From positions 29,204,001 to 29,268,000 of the forward strand of contig NC_086109.1 in NCBI RefSeq assembly GCF_963921235.1: 64,000 bases of DNA. Direction: 5' to 3'. Positions 1 to 13,809 of the stretch are shown in pieces; within the stretch, counting starts at the first letter, position 1, and each line of letters begins with the position of its first letter. The notes beneath the pieces were generated by a model, which searched no databases, had not been told where the DNA came from, and saw only the letters and a list, made by a program, of their open reading frames with translations. The stretch comes from Mobula hypostoma (Eukaryota). Made by a program: the position numbers and the translations under genes.

Positions 1-769
1 ATAGTAAATTACCTCTGAAAATATTTTACGGCTTTTTAAATATTTAAGTAGTTGTTTCATGTTATTGCTTTTAATAGTTTAAAATGGTTTTTAACAAAGG
101 TAATTCAGTTATGCATTTACTGCAGAAATTTTGCATGATGGATGAATTCACTTTGATTACAATTTTTTTCTGCTTTTGCAAGCTGCTTTAGCAATTAATT
201 ATATCAAACGCTGCATATGGAGCTCTTTGGAGAAACTCAGACGAATCTTCGATAATATCTCTTAGATTAAGATATGAGAAAGTTTAACTAATAATTTTAA
301 CTCATCAGTGATTTCAGAAGATTTGTTCTTAGCTCATTAATCTACTCTTGCATGGATGCCATGGTCAAGTGAAATAGAGTGTGCTATGAGCATGCAATTA
401 TTCCTGGACAATTTATATTATTATTGTTTACAATCAAAATTTAACATATACATTGGGGTGGGAATGGAAAATTACAAGTTGACACAAGTGAAAATCACAC
501 AATAGTAAAGAAGTTCTTACAGACCTCTAAAATATGAAGAAGAATTTTCAAACCTCTGATAGTATTGTATTTTCAAGATGGACAGAAAAATGAAAGACAG
601 CAATGAAATGAAAGATAGACCACATGGAGGGATGAGGTAAAGACTGTAGGCATTTAGTACCACGTCAGTTCCTGATAACCTGTTTCCAATTGCTGAATAG
701 GAAATGCTTTTGTTAATGTGGTGATGAGGAAGGTTTTCTGTTGGTTCCTCTCATCAGCAAAAGTTCAAA

Positions 770-990
770 GTATACTTATTTTCAAAGTATGTATAAATTA
801 TACAACCATGAAATTTGTCTCCTTACCGGCAGCCACAAAACAAGAAACCCAAAAGAACCTATGAAAAAAAGACTAATGAACACCCAATGCACAAAAAGAG
901 AGAGAGAGACAAAAAACACAAATCGCACCAAACAATAAAAGCAAGCTACCGCGTTCAGAACAAAAGTGAATTGTAGACACAAAGCCTGGC
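770..990 (-). mobile_element. Rex1/Babar-type LINE 3' UTR fragment
   Basis: ttcaaagtatacttattttcaaagtatgt end, homologous to the 3' tails at 10555, 34770, 41160 and 52670. Confidence 0.55.
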
Positions 991-1551
991 GCAGCCAGAG
1001 CAGGCTCGCAGAAAAAGTGATATTAATAAAATATTTAGTTGTATTTCTTGCTTTATGAACCGCCAGTAAACTGTTGCACATCTTCTGTAGCACCATCTTA
1101 AACTGGAAGTCTTAAAGCATCTCTAAATTCAGATATTACAGTTGCTGAGGAATAAGGTTCAAGTTGAAATGAAGCTTACAGTATAAACAAAAATCCCGGA
1201 ATACTCAACCCAGAACTAGTAGATAGGGAAGTATATTTTAGGTTTCAGATCATTGGAGGAATAATAAAAGATTCTCTAAGTTTCAGGCAAGAACAAGAAT
1301 CAAGGAAGTTGTGAGATTCAATGTCTATGCAAAGACATTGAGACTCAGTGCTTTACTTTGCTGCAAAGCAGGCAGATCACAAGACTCTACAGTCCAGTTG
1401 GATATTAATATGAATGCAAAATGGCTACAGAGAAAACAGCATTGACTTGCTTAATAATAAAATATCTGCTCCTAAAGTAACAATTTACATCAGTATACAG
1501 ATTTAATATAAATCTAGTCTAGTATCCAATTATCATTTTTTTTGATCTTAC

Positions 1552-1669
1552 AATTTTGTTATCAGATCCAGTTTTGAATTCTTTGGGTCTGGATTTGAAC
1601 TCAAAGTAGGCTTCCTTAATTCTTTTATCAAACCAATGGGATTTGATATTTCACTTTCTGGGTCTAAAT
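1552..1669 (-). CDS. weak candidate internal exon (DLDPESEISNPIG...LDLITKL), gene unknown
   Basis: Minus-strand TTAG acceptor, open frame and ATT|GTAAG donor in unique sequence; no recognisable homology. Confidence 0.15.
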
Positions 1670-1773
1670 CTAACATGATATAATAGAACCATGCGTGATA
1701 GAATGGTGCAACATACAGACATGTGTCATTTCTAACCGTGAAGGTTTTGTCAACTTGGCCATTTCTAAAGGGT

Positions 1774-2290
1774 ATACAGGGTGTCGAGGAAGGGATAGCA
1801 CTTCTGGTGATGGGTCTTGTCATGTCCATTCTGGGGTACTCTCTCTCCTTGGACCCAACTGGACACTCAGCTCTCACATGTGACTCCAAATAGCTGTTTG
1901 CATGTGACAGCAGCCACACCTTGGTACACTCCTTAGACAGGTAGGCTAAACTGGGTGAGGGTAGTCAGTGGGATTCATACCCTCCTGAGGTTGGGACATG
2001 CTTGTCATATCACGTGAAATCAGCTCTTGTGGACTGGACGGATGAGATCAGAAGTTAGATCCAATGACTAGGAAGATGGTCCTTCAATGCTTCATGCAGA
2101 GAGAAAGGGCATGACGAGGCACACAAGAAGTCATGGTCATCCAATCAATGAAGACCACAGTTGGGATGACTTGTCATACCAGTGGACCCAGATTTCCAAG
2201 TTAGAGAGAATGGACCTGCCACAGTGCGACAGCTTTTTCATTTAAAAACTCTCCCATACAGGTTTCTTCATGCCTGTCATTGTTGGAAAA
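1774..2290 (+). mobile_element. non-coding interspersed repeat, probably RTE-derived non-autonomous element
   Basis: Homologous to the reverse complement of 46128-46655 (ggtgtc..ctctggtg..ctcagctctcac..gcagccacacc..ggtgagg). Confidence 0.6.
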
Positions 2291-2388
2291 CCAATCAAAC
2301 ATGTCTGATGATGTTCCCAAATTTAGTTCCAAATGAACAAAAAAATTCAATGAACAATACTAAAGAGAACAACTATCCTCAATGCAAA

Positions 2389-2519
2389 CAACAGGAATTC
2401 TGCAGATGCTGGAAATTCAAGCAACACACATCACAGTTGCTGGTGAACGCAGCAGGCCAGGCAGCATCTATAGGAAGAGGTGCAGTCGATGTTTCAGGCC
2501 GAGACCCTTCGTCAGGACT
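2389..2519 (-). mobile_element. short Penelope-like pLTR insert with 11-bp TSD
   Basis: Same sequence as the tail after the Penelope ORF end at 43640-44090; ctcaatgcaaa duplicated at 2378-2388 and 2518-2528. Confidence 0.8.
2483..2519 (-). ncRNA. minimal type I hammerhead ribozyme motif
   Basis: AGUC-CUGACGA-AGG gucucgg CCU-GAAAC-AUC-GACU; stems I and II pair, stem III ACGU palindrome altered to ACAU. Confidence 0.65.
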
Positions 2520-3009
2520 CAATGCAAATTGGTAAAGTCTTCACAAAAGCATTTAGACACAGTCGGCATATATTTTTAAAAAAGATGTATTTTATTTAGT
2601 AAGCATTGCGTAAATCTTTTACGTGTTGAGAATTAGTGCAGACTGACATTGTTACTCTGCTTCAAGGCAGAGGCACTGCATGCGGGAATGCCAAGCAAAG
2701 ATCAAAGCAGAAATTGGAGTGATTAGATGATAAAGGGGTGTAGTACAAGGCCAAAGAATGTTATTATGGGACAAGAAACAAAATATGTATCTACAGAGGT
2801 TTTAGTGGTAACAGAACAACCAATGGCAAAATCTGCTGTCCTAACTAATTTGAATAGTGGTATAGACTGAAATAATTGAACTCACAGTTAAAACCAAAAG
2901 CTTTTAAAGTACGAAATCAAAACATAAGGCTCTGTTTACTGAGTTTCACAGTTTTTATTGGAAAAGTCCACCTCAAGGATGTGAAAGTGGGTGTAGGATA
3001 GAGAACTAA

Positions 3010-3192
3010 AATAAACACAAGAGATTCCGCAGAAGCTGGAAATTCAGACCAACTCACACAAAATGCTGAAGGAACTCAGCAGGTTAGGCAGCATCTATGG
3101 AGCAGAATAAATATCTATATAAAAGTGACTGTTTATTCCTATCTGTAGATGCTGTTTGACCTGCTGAGTTTCCTCAGCATTTTGTGTGTGTT
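3010..3192. mobile_element. two inverted Penelope pLTR fragments forming a hairpin
   Basis: cacacaaaatgctgaaggaactcagcagg...(~3056-3112) versus ...cctgctgagtttcctcagcattttgtgtgtg (~3131-3190). Confidence 0.75.
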
Positions 3193-4620
3193 ACTGTGGA
3201 ACTCTGTTATGAATTACAGAGTTCTGCAGATATTTTGAAGGTCAGTGCTGCATTCAGAAAGGATGTTCAGAAAAGTGAACACGGAATCTGGACTTCCTAA
3301 TCCATTTTGGGCAGCAAATATAGTAAGCCGAAATACTAGTTTGTCATCTACTTGTATGGAAGGAATTTATCGGAAACAGCAAAGTCAATGTTAACAAGAA
3401 AACGAGGGCTTTGGACAGTTACCACATAATGAGGAGGCATCATGGTTTATCTGGTAAGCTGAGGAAAAAGGATATTGATTGTCAGTCTCATCACACCTGC
3501 TCTTGTTTGACACCAGGATGCAGAAAGAGTTATTGAGTAATAATTAGGTGTTGGAGTCTGATGGATTTTACCATTTGCTTTGCAACAGCCCAAAGATTGA
3601 ACTGACCCCTGAAATTTAATAGAAGCTTTCCTCACCTATCTTTCCAATTGTACAATGCCTTCAACAATTGGATCAAAAAGAGAATTTACATCATATTTAA
3701 AAAATAATAATTTATATAAAACAAGATTAGGCAAAAGTAATTCTAAACAGAGTTCTACTAAAACATGATCATCTAAATCCGCTGCCCATATTGCTGAAAC
3801 CGACTCAGACTGCCTGGCATACATGTACACATAGATGCTTCATGGAAGGTTCCAGTAATTGAATGTAACTGAAGGGAACCGAATTAACTGTTCCACCAAC
3901 AGAAAATAATTATTTTTAACTAAAAACACTAGTGTACTCCATTAAAGAGATACTGTTGCCATAGTAAAGTTTCAAAAACACATCGTGCCATTTATCAACA
4001 CTGAGAGCATGACTATACTATTAGTCGTGCAATGTAATCCCTACAGCACTCTACGTTTGAATCACAATTTAAAACATTTTAAAAGTGTGGATATTTTTTC
4101 TGTAAAAATCCACTAGTGTTAATGTAAAAGAGATGATTTACATGGAGGATTTGCAGTCTTGCATCCAGCAGTAATTATCATAGCTCTATGGTATGGTATA
4201 CTCCAAGGTATTACATTCATTGGACCAATTCACAAAACATCCTGCATCCCCAGGGAAATTAACTGTCATTTAAACCAGGTGGGAGACTTTTCCTTCCCTA
4301 CTGTTTGAAGACACTTATTCAAAATGCCATTCTTCAGTCGGAAACTCAGGTAGTAAGTGCTGCTAAGCTATTCAATCACGGGATCATTATGGATCATCTT
4401 AATACAGTTTTTTCGGTAATCATGCGCAATCTTGAGCAGGATCTTGGTTGATTTTTCTCTCTCTAACTTGGATATTTGAGGCTACTTGAAGAAACACTGA
4501 GAACAGCTGATGAAGTAGAGATGGGTAATCAAGCCTGGAACTATTTTATGTCTATGAAATTGTTATATGTGTTACATCGATATGAATTTAGAAATAAACC
4601 ATAAGTATTTCACCCTTTGA

Positions 4621-5230
4621 AATCAGAATCATGGTTTGTTATCACTAATATATGTTATAAAATTTGTTGTTCTCTGGCAGCAGAAGCATAAAATGCATAA
4701 AATATGCATAACTTAAAATAAATATATACTAAAAATAAATAACAGTGCCAAAAGTGAGGTAGTCTTCAGGAGTTCATTGTCAGTTCTTAAATCTGATGGC
4801 AGAGGGGGAAAATTTGTTCCTAAAATGTTGAGTCTGTGTCTTTAGGCACTTGTACTTCTTCTCTGCTGGTAGTAATAAGAAGAGACCATGTCAATTTCAA
4901 GGTTGGATGATCAATACTGTACGTACTTTGATAATAAATGTACTTTGATCTTGGAAATTTGAATACCCTGGGTAGTGGGTCCCTTAATGATGGATGGCAC
5001 TATTGCCGAGGCATCGCTTTTTGAAGATGTCCTCGATGCAGGGGAGGCTGGTGTCCACGATGGGGCTGCCTGAGTTTACAACCCTCTGGGCTTTTACCGA
5101 TCCTGTGCCAAGGTCCTTCCATACCAGATGGTGATAACACCTTCTGAGTGCTCTCCATGGTACATCTGTAAAAATTTGCTAGGCTTTGTTGACATGTCAA
5201 ATCTCCTCAAACTCCTAATGAAATATAGCC
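4621..5230 (-). mobile_element. Rex1/Babar-type LINE, 5'-truncated and decayed
   Basis: (GATTCT)n tail; ORF remnant LANFYRCTMES. Confidence 0.8.
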
Positions 5231-6239
5231 ACACTGGTGCTCTAGTCTCTTACTAGCTGTTGAAAGATCCCTTCTCAAGCATCCAAGCAATATCATTAGC
5301 CAAATGATCTGGTCTATTCCTAATTGCCGTTATGTGATTGAGTTGTGCATTAGTTAGCCACTGTATGTCTATATTACCAGAGTGACTATAGGTTCCAAAT
5401 TATGTTATGCTGGTATATCGCTCATACACATGGTTGTACTTTGGCACAGAAGGTCACAGCTAATACAAATGCTGTCGTACAGATCCAATGAACCTAGTTC
5501 AGTCCTAATCTCCACTGCTTTCCGAGCAGAGTTTTCACGTTCTCCCAGTGATCTAGTGGATTTTCTCTAGATGATCCCTTTTCTTCTCACTTAAATTGGA
5601 ATTTGAAAGGTGGTGGGTTAATTAGTATTGTAAATTGACCCAAAGTTAGATGGGTGGTAGAATCTATGGGAATTTGAAAGAGAATGGATTACAGGACTAC
5701 TTAGTAGTGTAATAGAATTGCTCTGTGAGTAGGCAGAGATACATGAGCTTTTGGCTTCCTTCAACATTTTAAGGAAATATAGAATATAAAAATACTTGAT
5801 GAAGTTCTGAAACATGTTATAGAAATAGAGGCCTTCAATTAGAAATCTAAAAGAAAAGATCCACTAAGTCCACCAGAATTTGTTACTGTCACACAAGCTG
5901 AACCCAGCATTCTCATCTATGGAGAGAGAAACAGATCACGCAGCAAATGCTGGAACTGTTCAGTGATAATGTATTAAACAACTGAAAATTAAATTATTAA
6001 AAACACAGAGTATTGGAATGTTAATCCCTCACGCACAGTAAGTGCCCAACACTCCTACTAAATTCTCTGGAAGGTATTTCAGATCGCAAACCAGGGTTCA
6101 GCATCATGTCATGTTGAGCACAATCTTCATGTACAAACAGGCAGCATATGAGTCATCTACTGTCAGCCTCACTGTACCCGGCTTTGAGCAACTTAAGAAG
6201 GAGTTCTAAAGTCATCAATGCTCACAACCTTTTACAGAT

Positions 6240-7750
6240 GAGCAGTGGAGAGCATGCTAACATACTGCATCACTGTGCAGTAGACAGGAGGGCTCTACAT
6301 AGTTAAACCTGCCCAAAACATCACCTGCAGCAGCCTCCCACTATTAAGGACATATACACCAGGAAAAAAAAACAGTAATATCATAAACCATCCCATCCAC
6401 CCTGCTTATGGACTGTTTGACTCATTCCCATTAGGGTAGGAGTTACACAGCATTTATGCAGGACCACTAGACTCAAAAACAGTTACAGTACATCCCCCTA
6501 AGCCTTCAGGGCAATCAACTACTCCACCTATTAACATCCCCTCCCAATCACCATGACACCTGGCATCATTTTATGTACATACAATCAATCTATGTATATA
6601 ACAGTTCTTGTACATAGTATTTTATCATCAGCAGCAGCATCATCATTATGTTAGAATCAGAATCAGGTTTATTATCACCGGTATGTGTCATAAAATTTGC
6701 TAACTTAGCAGCAGCAGCTCAATACATCACATAAAATAGAAGAAAAAGGGGAAAAAATAATAACAAATAAATAAAAAGTAAGTAAATCAATTGCAATATA
6801 CATATATTGAATAGATTAAAAATTGTGCAAAAAAAACAGAAATAATATATATTAAAAAAGTGAGGTAGTGTTCAAGGGTTCAATGTCCATTTAGGAATTG
6901 GGTGACAGAGGGGAAGCAGCTGTTCCTGAATCGCTGAGTGTGTGGCTTCAGGTTTCTGTAACTGCTACCTGATGGTAACAACGAGAAAGGGGCATGCCCT
7001 TGGTGCTGGGGGTCCCTGCCTTTCTGAGACACCGCTCCTTGAAGATGTCCTGGATACTTCGTAGGCTAATACCCAAGATGGGGCCGACAAAATTTACAAC
7101 CCTCTGCAACTTCTTTCGGTTCTGTGCAATAGCTGCTCCCCCGCCCCATACCAGGGAATGCGCTACACGGTACATCTAGAGAAATTTTTGAGTGCATTTG
7201 TTGACATACCAAATCTCTTCAAACTCCTAATGAAATATAGTCACTGTCTTGCTTTCTTTATAACTGAATCGATATGTTGGGACCAGGGTAGGTCCTCAGA
7301 GATCCGTGCCATATTTTTTGACATAGGCAATCATGGCTATAATTATTATGGCAAATGTTTCTACAGAAGTGGTTTGACATTGCCTTTTTCTGGGCAGTAT
7401 CTTCCCAAGACGGGTGACCCCAGCCATTATCAGTACTCTTCAGACTGTCTGCCTGGCATCAATGGTCACATAACCAGGAGTTGTGCTACGCACCAAGCTA
7501 GTCACACAACCATCCACCATCTGCTCCTATGGCTTCACGTGACCCGAATCAGGCAGGTTAAGTAGGTGCTACATCTTGCCCAAGGATGACCTTCTGGCTA
7601 GTGAGGGAAGGAATGTCTTACACTTCCTTTGGTAGAAAATCATCTCCACCCCATCACCCAAGTCTTACATGATTGTTTTTATATTCATCTGTATTATTTT
7701 TATTGTGCTCTTTTTGTGTATTGTTCTTTGTAATACTGCATTGGATCAGG
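6240..7750. mobile_element. nested cluster: old Rex1-type LINE (+) containing an RTE-related SINE, which contains a younger Rex1-type LINE (-, ~6652-7303)
   Basis: gtggagagcatgcta RT remnant; (CAT/CAG)n tail at ~6624-6650; agaagtggtttgacattgcc motif typical of RTE-derived SINEs at ~7365; ORF remnant RKKLQRVVN...IFKERCLRKA. Confidence 0.65.
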
Positions 7751-9009
7751 ATATCAAAAACAACCAGACTTGCTGTGTTGTCTAGAACACATTTCACCAC
7801 TCATCAGAGAGGCTTCGTCAGTTCTGATCCAGGGTGGGTAGTTTTCCAGTTTATAAACTCTGTGATTTGTTTAAAGGTATAGCAATCACATGAGAGTTGC
7901 TAAGAGTCATAGAGGTAATGACAGGGTCCTATCTTTGCATGAATGGAGGTTTGAACTGTTTTGGAGATGCCAGGGAAGAAATGTTAGGACTGCATTGTAA
8001 GTAGCTGATAGGTTTGTAACCTTCAAATTGACACATTGGATCAGGAGTAACCATCATTTTATTCTCCTTTACACTCAGGTATTGAAGAATGACAAAAAAT
8101 AATTGTGAATCTAGAATCTTGAAATTGGGCCACTGTAGACCCCTGGAAAAAAGTAAGATTTTGTTTTATGTTATCCTATCAGCTTGTTCTCAGGATTTGG
8201 ATCCTTTCATTCTCCAAATGCCCAGCTTTAAACTCAGAGGCTGAACTTAAAACTTGGGTTTTCCTACAATGACCATAGTCAGGTGTTGTAAACGCATTGG
8301 CACTGTACAGACTCCAGGGTGGTTAATCTCGGCGACATTGATATTGAGAGGTAGTGTGGTGTCCTCTGTGGGGAATTGAAATTCAGAACCAAGGCATCCC
8401 AAGTTGCTTCTGTGTGATTATACAACAAAACTGGAAATGTCATAGGATAGATTACCAGTCCATTCTACAGAGAAAAATAGTAATGAATAATTTATGTGAA
8501 AAAGTAGTATTGGAATTGCAACATTAGTTATAACAACTAACACTTTGTACTCAGGAGGATGCATGTTGCCACCTGAACCATTACAGTTAGATTACTGCCT
8601 AGTAATCACTCCCAAGGAGCCATTATTCTATATAAAAGCCTACTTATAAAAAAGCTTCCTAATCAAAAAGCGTTAAAAGAGCTTCACAAGTCCTGTAACA
8701 GAGGGCTATAAAGAGTACTTTGCACATATTTAGGCTGTAAAGTGCCACTAATATTGTTCTTTTATTAAGTCAAAAAGGTATTTGTTTATTCAGTAATGTT
8801 AGATTAATAATAGCATTGTCCAATGGAGTCTATACAAATGACAACCTTCTGCCCACTGAAACTTTATGTTCCATCTTTATATTAGTCAGTTATATTCATC
8901 TCTCATTCAAAGCAATTTGGAGCCCGTCATGTCTACATTGGGAAGTATTTGTGATGTAGCTCTGGAGAACATCAGCTTGCAACTATGCAGCAGTTTTTGT
9001 TGCTACAGT

Positions 9010-9510
9010 TTTCCACAAATTTCTACAGATGTACCGTGGAGAGCATTCTAACTGGTTGCATCACTGTCTGGTATGGAGGGGGCCAGTGCACGGGATCGGA
9101 AAGAGCGCAGAGGACTGCAAAGTCAGCCTGCTCCATCATGGGCACCAGACTTCCCAACGTCTTCAAAAGGCGATGCCTCAAAAGGACAGCATCCATATCA
9201 TTACGGACCCTCATCACTCAGGGCATGCCTGCTTCTTATTACTACCAACAGAGAAGAGGTGGGGGAGCCTGAAGACACACACTCAAAATTTTAGAAACAG
9301 CTTCTTCTGCTCCATCTTCTGATTTCTGAACGGTCCATGAACACTACCTTGTTATTTTTTGCTTTCTTTTTGCACTACTTCTTTAATTTATTTGTTTAAA
9401 ATATATATATTTCTCATTGTAATTTATAGTATTTTATGCCTTGCATTTTGCTGCAAAACATCAAGTGTCATAACATATGTCAGTAATATTAAACTTGATT
9501 CTGATTCTGA
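9010..9510 (+). mobile_element. Rex1/Babar-type LINE 3' fragment
   Basis: TNFYRCTVESILTGCITVWYG; LKTHTQNFRNSFF; (GATTCT)n tail. Confidence 0.85.
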
Positions 9511-10129
9511 TTGTCACAATGGACCAACCCAAGGCAAATCAGCAACCCAGTCGTATTTACCGCAATTCAATCATCTGGGTTTGGTCAGGGCTTACACTCC
9601 ACGTGAGCTCTCTCTCCCTACTTCACATAAGCTCATCAAAATATCTTCTCCATTTCTCCCCTAATAGACTTGGCTTTACTTTGTCTGAAACAAAGAAGAT
9701 ACAGTATTAGGCAGGCTGGCAAAAATATTGGTCATAAAGGGAGATTTTATGCAATAGGTGTAAGCCGAAGAATCAGAAAAGATTTAGATTTAAACCATTG
9801 AGTTCCACAAGGAGAATTCACATCACCTTGATTTGGTCTTGGCCTCCCATTATCATGGACTTCGAAGACAGTACAAAACATAGGGCTGTGAATGATAAGG
9901 AGGTTAACAATAGACCAGAGAGGTATTGACGGGTAGAATGGACAGAGCAATGACAGCTGAGAAATGTAATGCTGAGAAATGTGATATGTCAGATACTAGG
10001 AAAAACTCATGGATATCTCTCTGACATTTGGTTTGTTATTGTCACATTCTGAGGTAGAGCGGAAATCACTGTTTGGCATGCCACCCACACAGATCATTTC
10101 AAAATGTTAGTATGTTGAAGTAGAGGCAT

Positions 10130-10432
10130 TTCGATCCTGGCCCATCATGGACATCTTCAAGCACTAGTGCCTCAAACATCCATCACTAAGGACCTACGTC
10201 ATCTGGGCCTTGCTCTCTTTTCATCACTACCATCAGGGAGATGATACAGGAACTTGAAGACCCATGCACAAAGGTTCAGAAACAACTTATTCCCCTCTGC
10301 CATCAGACTTCTGAATGTTTCATGAATTCATTGCTTTTGTATTATTTATTGCAATTTTACGGCTTTGCACAGTACTGCTGTCCCAACGTCATCCAAGTCA
10401 ATGCTAATAAATCTAATTCTAATTCTGATTCT
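10130..10432 (+). mobile_element. Rex1/Babar-type LINE 3' fragment
   Basis: ctaccatcagggagatgatacagg...ttctgattctga tail. Confidence 0.7.
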
Positions 10433-10814
10433 GAGAGTACAAGGGAGAGGCAATAACAGAATGCAGAATATAGTAATACAGTTACAGAGAAAGGGTAATG
10501 CAGGCAGACAATATGTGGCAAGGCCATGTCGGGTTAGCTTGTGAGGGCCAGAATCTCAAAGGATTCAAAATATATTTCAGTATATATGCAGTATACAACC
10601 CTGAGATTCATCTTCTCCACAGACAGCCGTGAAACAAAGAAAACCATGGAACTCATTCAAAGATAAACATCAATAAACAAAAAACAAACCACGCAAACGG
10701 CAAAAAGAACATTAACCCCTTCCGCCAAGCACAAAAAATAAATCGCACAAGAGGCAACAAGCAAGAATGATTGAAAATACTGAATACAGAACACAATATC
10801 TATCTTGCGGGACG

Positions 10815-11908
10815 CAGAAACAATGACATTTGTTTTTCTACAGCTCAGCATTTAACACTATCATTCCTACAATTCTAATCAAAAAGCTCCAGCACCTGGG
10901 CCTCTGTACCTCCCTCTGCAATTGGATCCTCGACTTCCTAACCACAAAACCACAATCAGTGTCTATTGGAAACAACATCTCCACCTCACTGACAATCAAT
11001 ACTGGCGCACCTCAGGGAGGTATGCTTAGCTCACTGCTCTACTCTCTCTACACACCCATGACTATGTGGCTAGGCATAACACAAATGCCATCTATAAATT
11101 TGTTGATGATACATCCATTGTGAGCAAAATCTCGGGTGGTGATGAGAGGATGTACAGAAGACTGATATATCAGTATGTATTAGTGGTGTCGCAGCAACTA
11201 CCTTGCACTCATCCTCAGGAAGACCAAAGAACTGATTGTGGACTTCAGGAAGGATAAGCTGAGAGAACACACACCATTCCTCTTAGAGGGATCAGGAGTG
11301 AAGAGAGTGAACAATCTCAAGTTCCTGGATGTCAGTATCTCTGAGGACCTAACCTGGAGACAACGTGTCAATGTAGCTACAAAGAAGGTAAGGCACCAGC
11401 TATATTTCATTATGAGTTTGATGAGATTTGGTATGTCACCAAAGACACCTGAGAATTATTACAGATGTACCATGGGGAAAGCATTCTACCTGTTGCATCA
11501 CAGTCTAGTACGCAGGTGGGTGGGGGGCTATTGCACAGGATCGAAGTAAGCTGCTGAGAGTTGTAAAATTAGTCAGCTCCATCATGGGCACTAGCCTCCA
11601 TAGTATTCAGGACATCTTCAAGGAGCAGTGACTCAGAAAGGTGGCTTCCATCAAGTAGGAGGTATAGAAACCTGAAGGCACACACTCAACGATTCAGAAA
11701 CAGCTTCTTATCCTGAATAGAGACTCATCTCATGAACACTTCCTCACTATGTTTTTATTTCCTATTTTCGGACTACTTATTTAACTATTTACTTACTGTA
11801 GTTCACAGTTTTTTTTCTCTGTTATCATGTATTGCATTGTACTGCTGCCACAATGTTAACAAACTTCATGACATAAGCCAGTGATATTAAACCTGATCCT
11901 GATTCTGA
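10815..11908 (+). mobile_element. Rex1/Babar-type LINE RT fragment (frameshifted)
   Basis: [39 protein letters not shown] spread across frames; tail at ~11890-11908. Confidence 0.9.
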
Positions 11909-12059
11909 TATCTCATTTATTATATTTTTTTTTGCTAATAACTAGTAGAAAAAGTTTAGGAGATTATGATCTTTATTGTTAATAAAGAGTATAAGTGTAC
12001 CAGGGTCACGATTAAATATCATAAAATCCTCCAATTCATTGGTGGATAAATAAACTTAT

Positions 12060-12440
12060 TTTATGCTGATGTCCTCTCCTAGATCAACATCCCAGCACTG
12101 AAGCTTCTTTGAGCAGACTTTGCTGTTTGCATGCCTATTATGAATCAGATACTGTTCTAATCTTTGCAATGGGAAGAGGTAACCATTCAGACAGAGAAAA
12201 AGACTCAAGTGCATCTTCAAAAGATCCTTGAAATTATTCTTCATCCCCACTGTCTCTGAGAATCCTGAACATGGTAAAGGAGCATTTGGGATTGCCCTAA
12301 GAACCTCCAGTCCATTCACCAGGAGCAGCGATAAGCCTAGTATCTGTGGTGAAGGGAGCACACCAGCTTTCAAATGAACTACCTGCCATTCCATTGATGG
12401 TAGAATTTCCAGAACCAACATTGGTCTCCTCAGACACCTC
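12060..12440 (+). mobile_element. RTE-clade LINE 3' relic
   Basis: Decayed QILFSNL..GKR..QRKRLK..KRSLK peptide, similar to 17230-17620. Confidence 0.5.
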
Positions 12441-12764
12441 AGATCCTACAGAATAGGAGAGGAAACAAGACATCCATAACTATGAGGGCCTAAGTGAAAA
12501 TAGGAATGTGGAGAGGGCAGAAAGAGAGAAAGCTTTCCCATCAGCAGAAGGTTCAACCTTCAGTCAAGGCAGAATGAACGTGACAGGAAAAAGAATCAGG
12601 AGTGACCTACAGAAAAGGTTTGTTATTCAATGAGTAGTTAGGTTCTGGAATGCACTTGTTGGTTTAGTGGAGGTATGTCGAATTATTAAGGGAGCTGGAT
12701 AAGTACTTCAGAAGAAAGAACTTGCAGAGAAAAGAGACTGCAGCTGCTGGAATCTGCAGCAAAA

Positions 12765-13185
12765 GATTCAAGATTCAAAGATTCAAAAAACTTTATTGTC
12801 ATTCTAACCATACATCAGCTCTGCAGGGCAGAATGAGACAGCGTTTCCCAGGAGCAGTGCTATCATAACGTAACAAACGCAAGACTAAATAATAAACATA
12901 ACAATAAATAGTAAAACACAACAGCTACACGTCAGATAAAATCAAGTTATAAGTGTCCAGTGCAAGTTAAAAGTGTCCAAAGCAGAGTCAGGTAGAGCAG
13001 CTATTTAGCAATCTGACTGCCTGTGGGAGGAAGCTGTTTAGTAGCCTTGTGGTTTTAGTTTTGATCCTCCTGTAACGTTTGCCTGATGGCAGAAGAACAA
13101 ACAGTTCATGGAGAGGGTGTGAGGGGTTTTTAATGATGTACCGTGTCTTCTGGAGGCATCGAATCTGAAAGAGGTCTTGGGCAGA
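12765..13185 (-). mobile_element. Rex1/Babar-type LINE 3' fragment inserted in a Penelope pLTR remnant
   Basis: HPLHELFVLLPSGKRYRRIKTKTTRLLNSFLPQAVRLLN; flanks ctggaatctgcagc / aacactcagtaagctgagcagcatc. Confidence 0.8.
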
Positions 13186-13809
13186 AGGTAAAGCATAAAC
13201 AGATAGAAACACTCAGTAAGCTGAGCAGCATCTGTGGAGGCAAATGGATGGTAGATGCTTTAGGTCAAGATCCTGCCCCAGGACTCAGCAAAGAATTTGC
13301 AGAGCTATGTGGAGAGAACATAGGAGTAGGACTAGCCAAATTACTCTCTCATCGACTTAATAAACCAAATGGACCCTTTTTTTAATGTAAACATTCAGTG
13401 TGATATTGGGACAACGCCTGATCTTTACTCTATCTGGCTGGGGACTGCACTACATGAATGAGGTTCAGTCACAGCTCAGAGACTAGATGAAGGCAATGCT
13501 CTGCCAAGAGACTCAGAATCAGATTAAACATCACTGACTTATATGATGTGAAATTTTTTGCTCTCCAGCATATCCACAGTGCAAACCCACTGGCAGTTTA
13601 AGTTCCTCCCCATCAGTGATTTCTTGCAGATAGTGCCCAGCTATGTAAAACTAACGCCTTAGAAAGAGAAAAATATCAAGCAAAACTCAAAGGAATGGAG
13701 AGGACTGAAGATGAAGATTAGCATGAGTATTTGTTACAGTCATTTGTTGTTTTTGTTAAAATTGTTAAACGTATTATTTGTTATAGTGTTGTGTTATGTT
13801 TAAGGTTAT

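Noticed and set aside
3636..3658. 23-nt minus-strand microexon with TAG|GTGAG donor
   Set aside because: Weak GAAG acceptor and no supporting context; chance is likely.
12056..12421. 121-aa minus-strand ORF
   Set aside because: Antisense shadow of an RTE relic.
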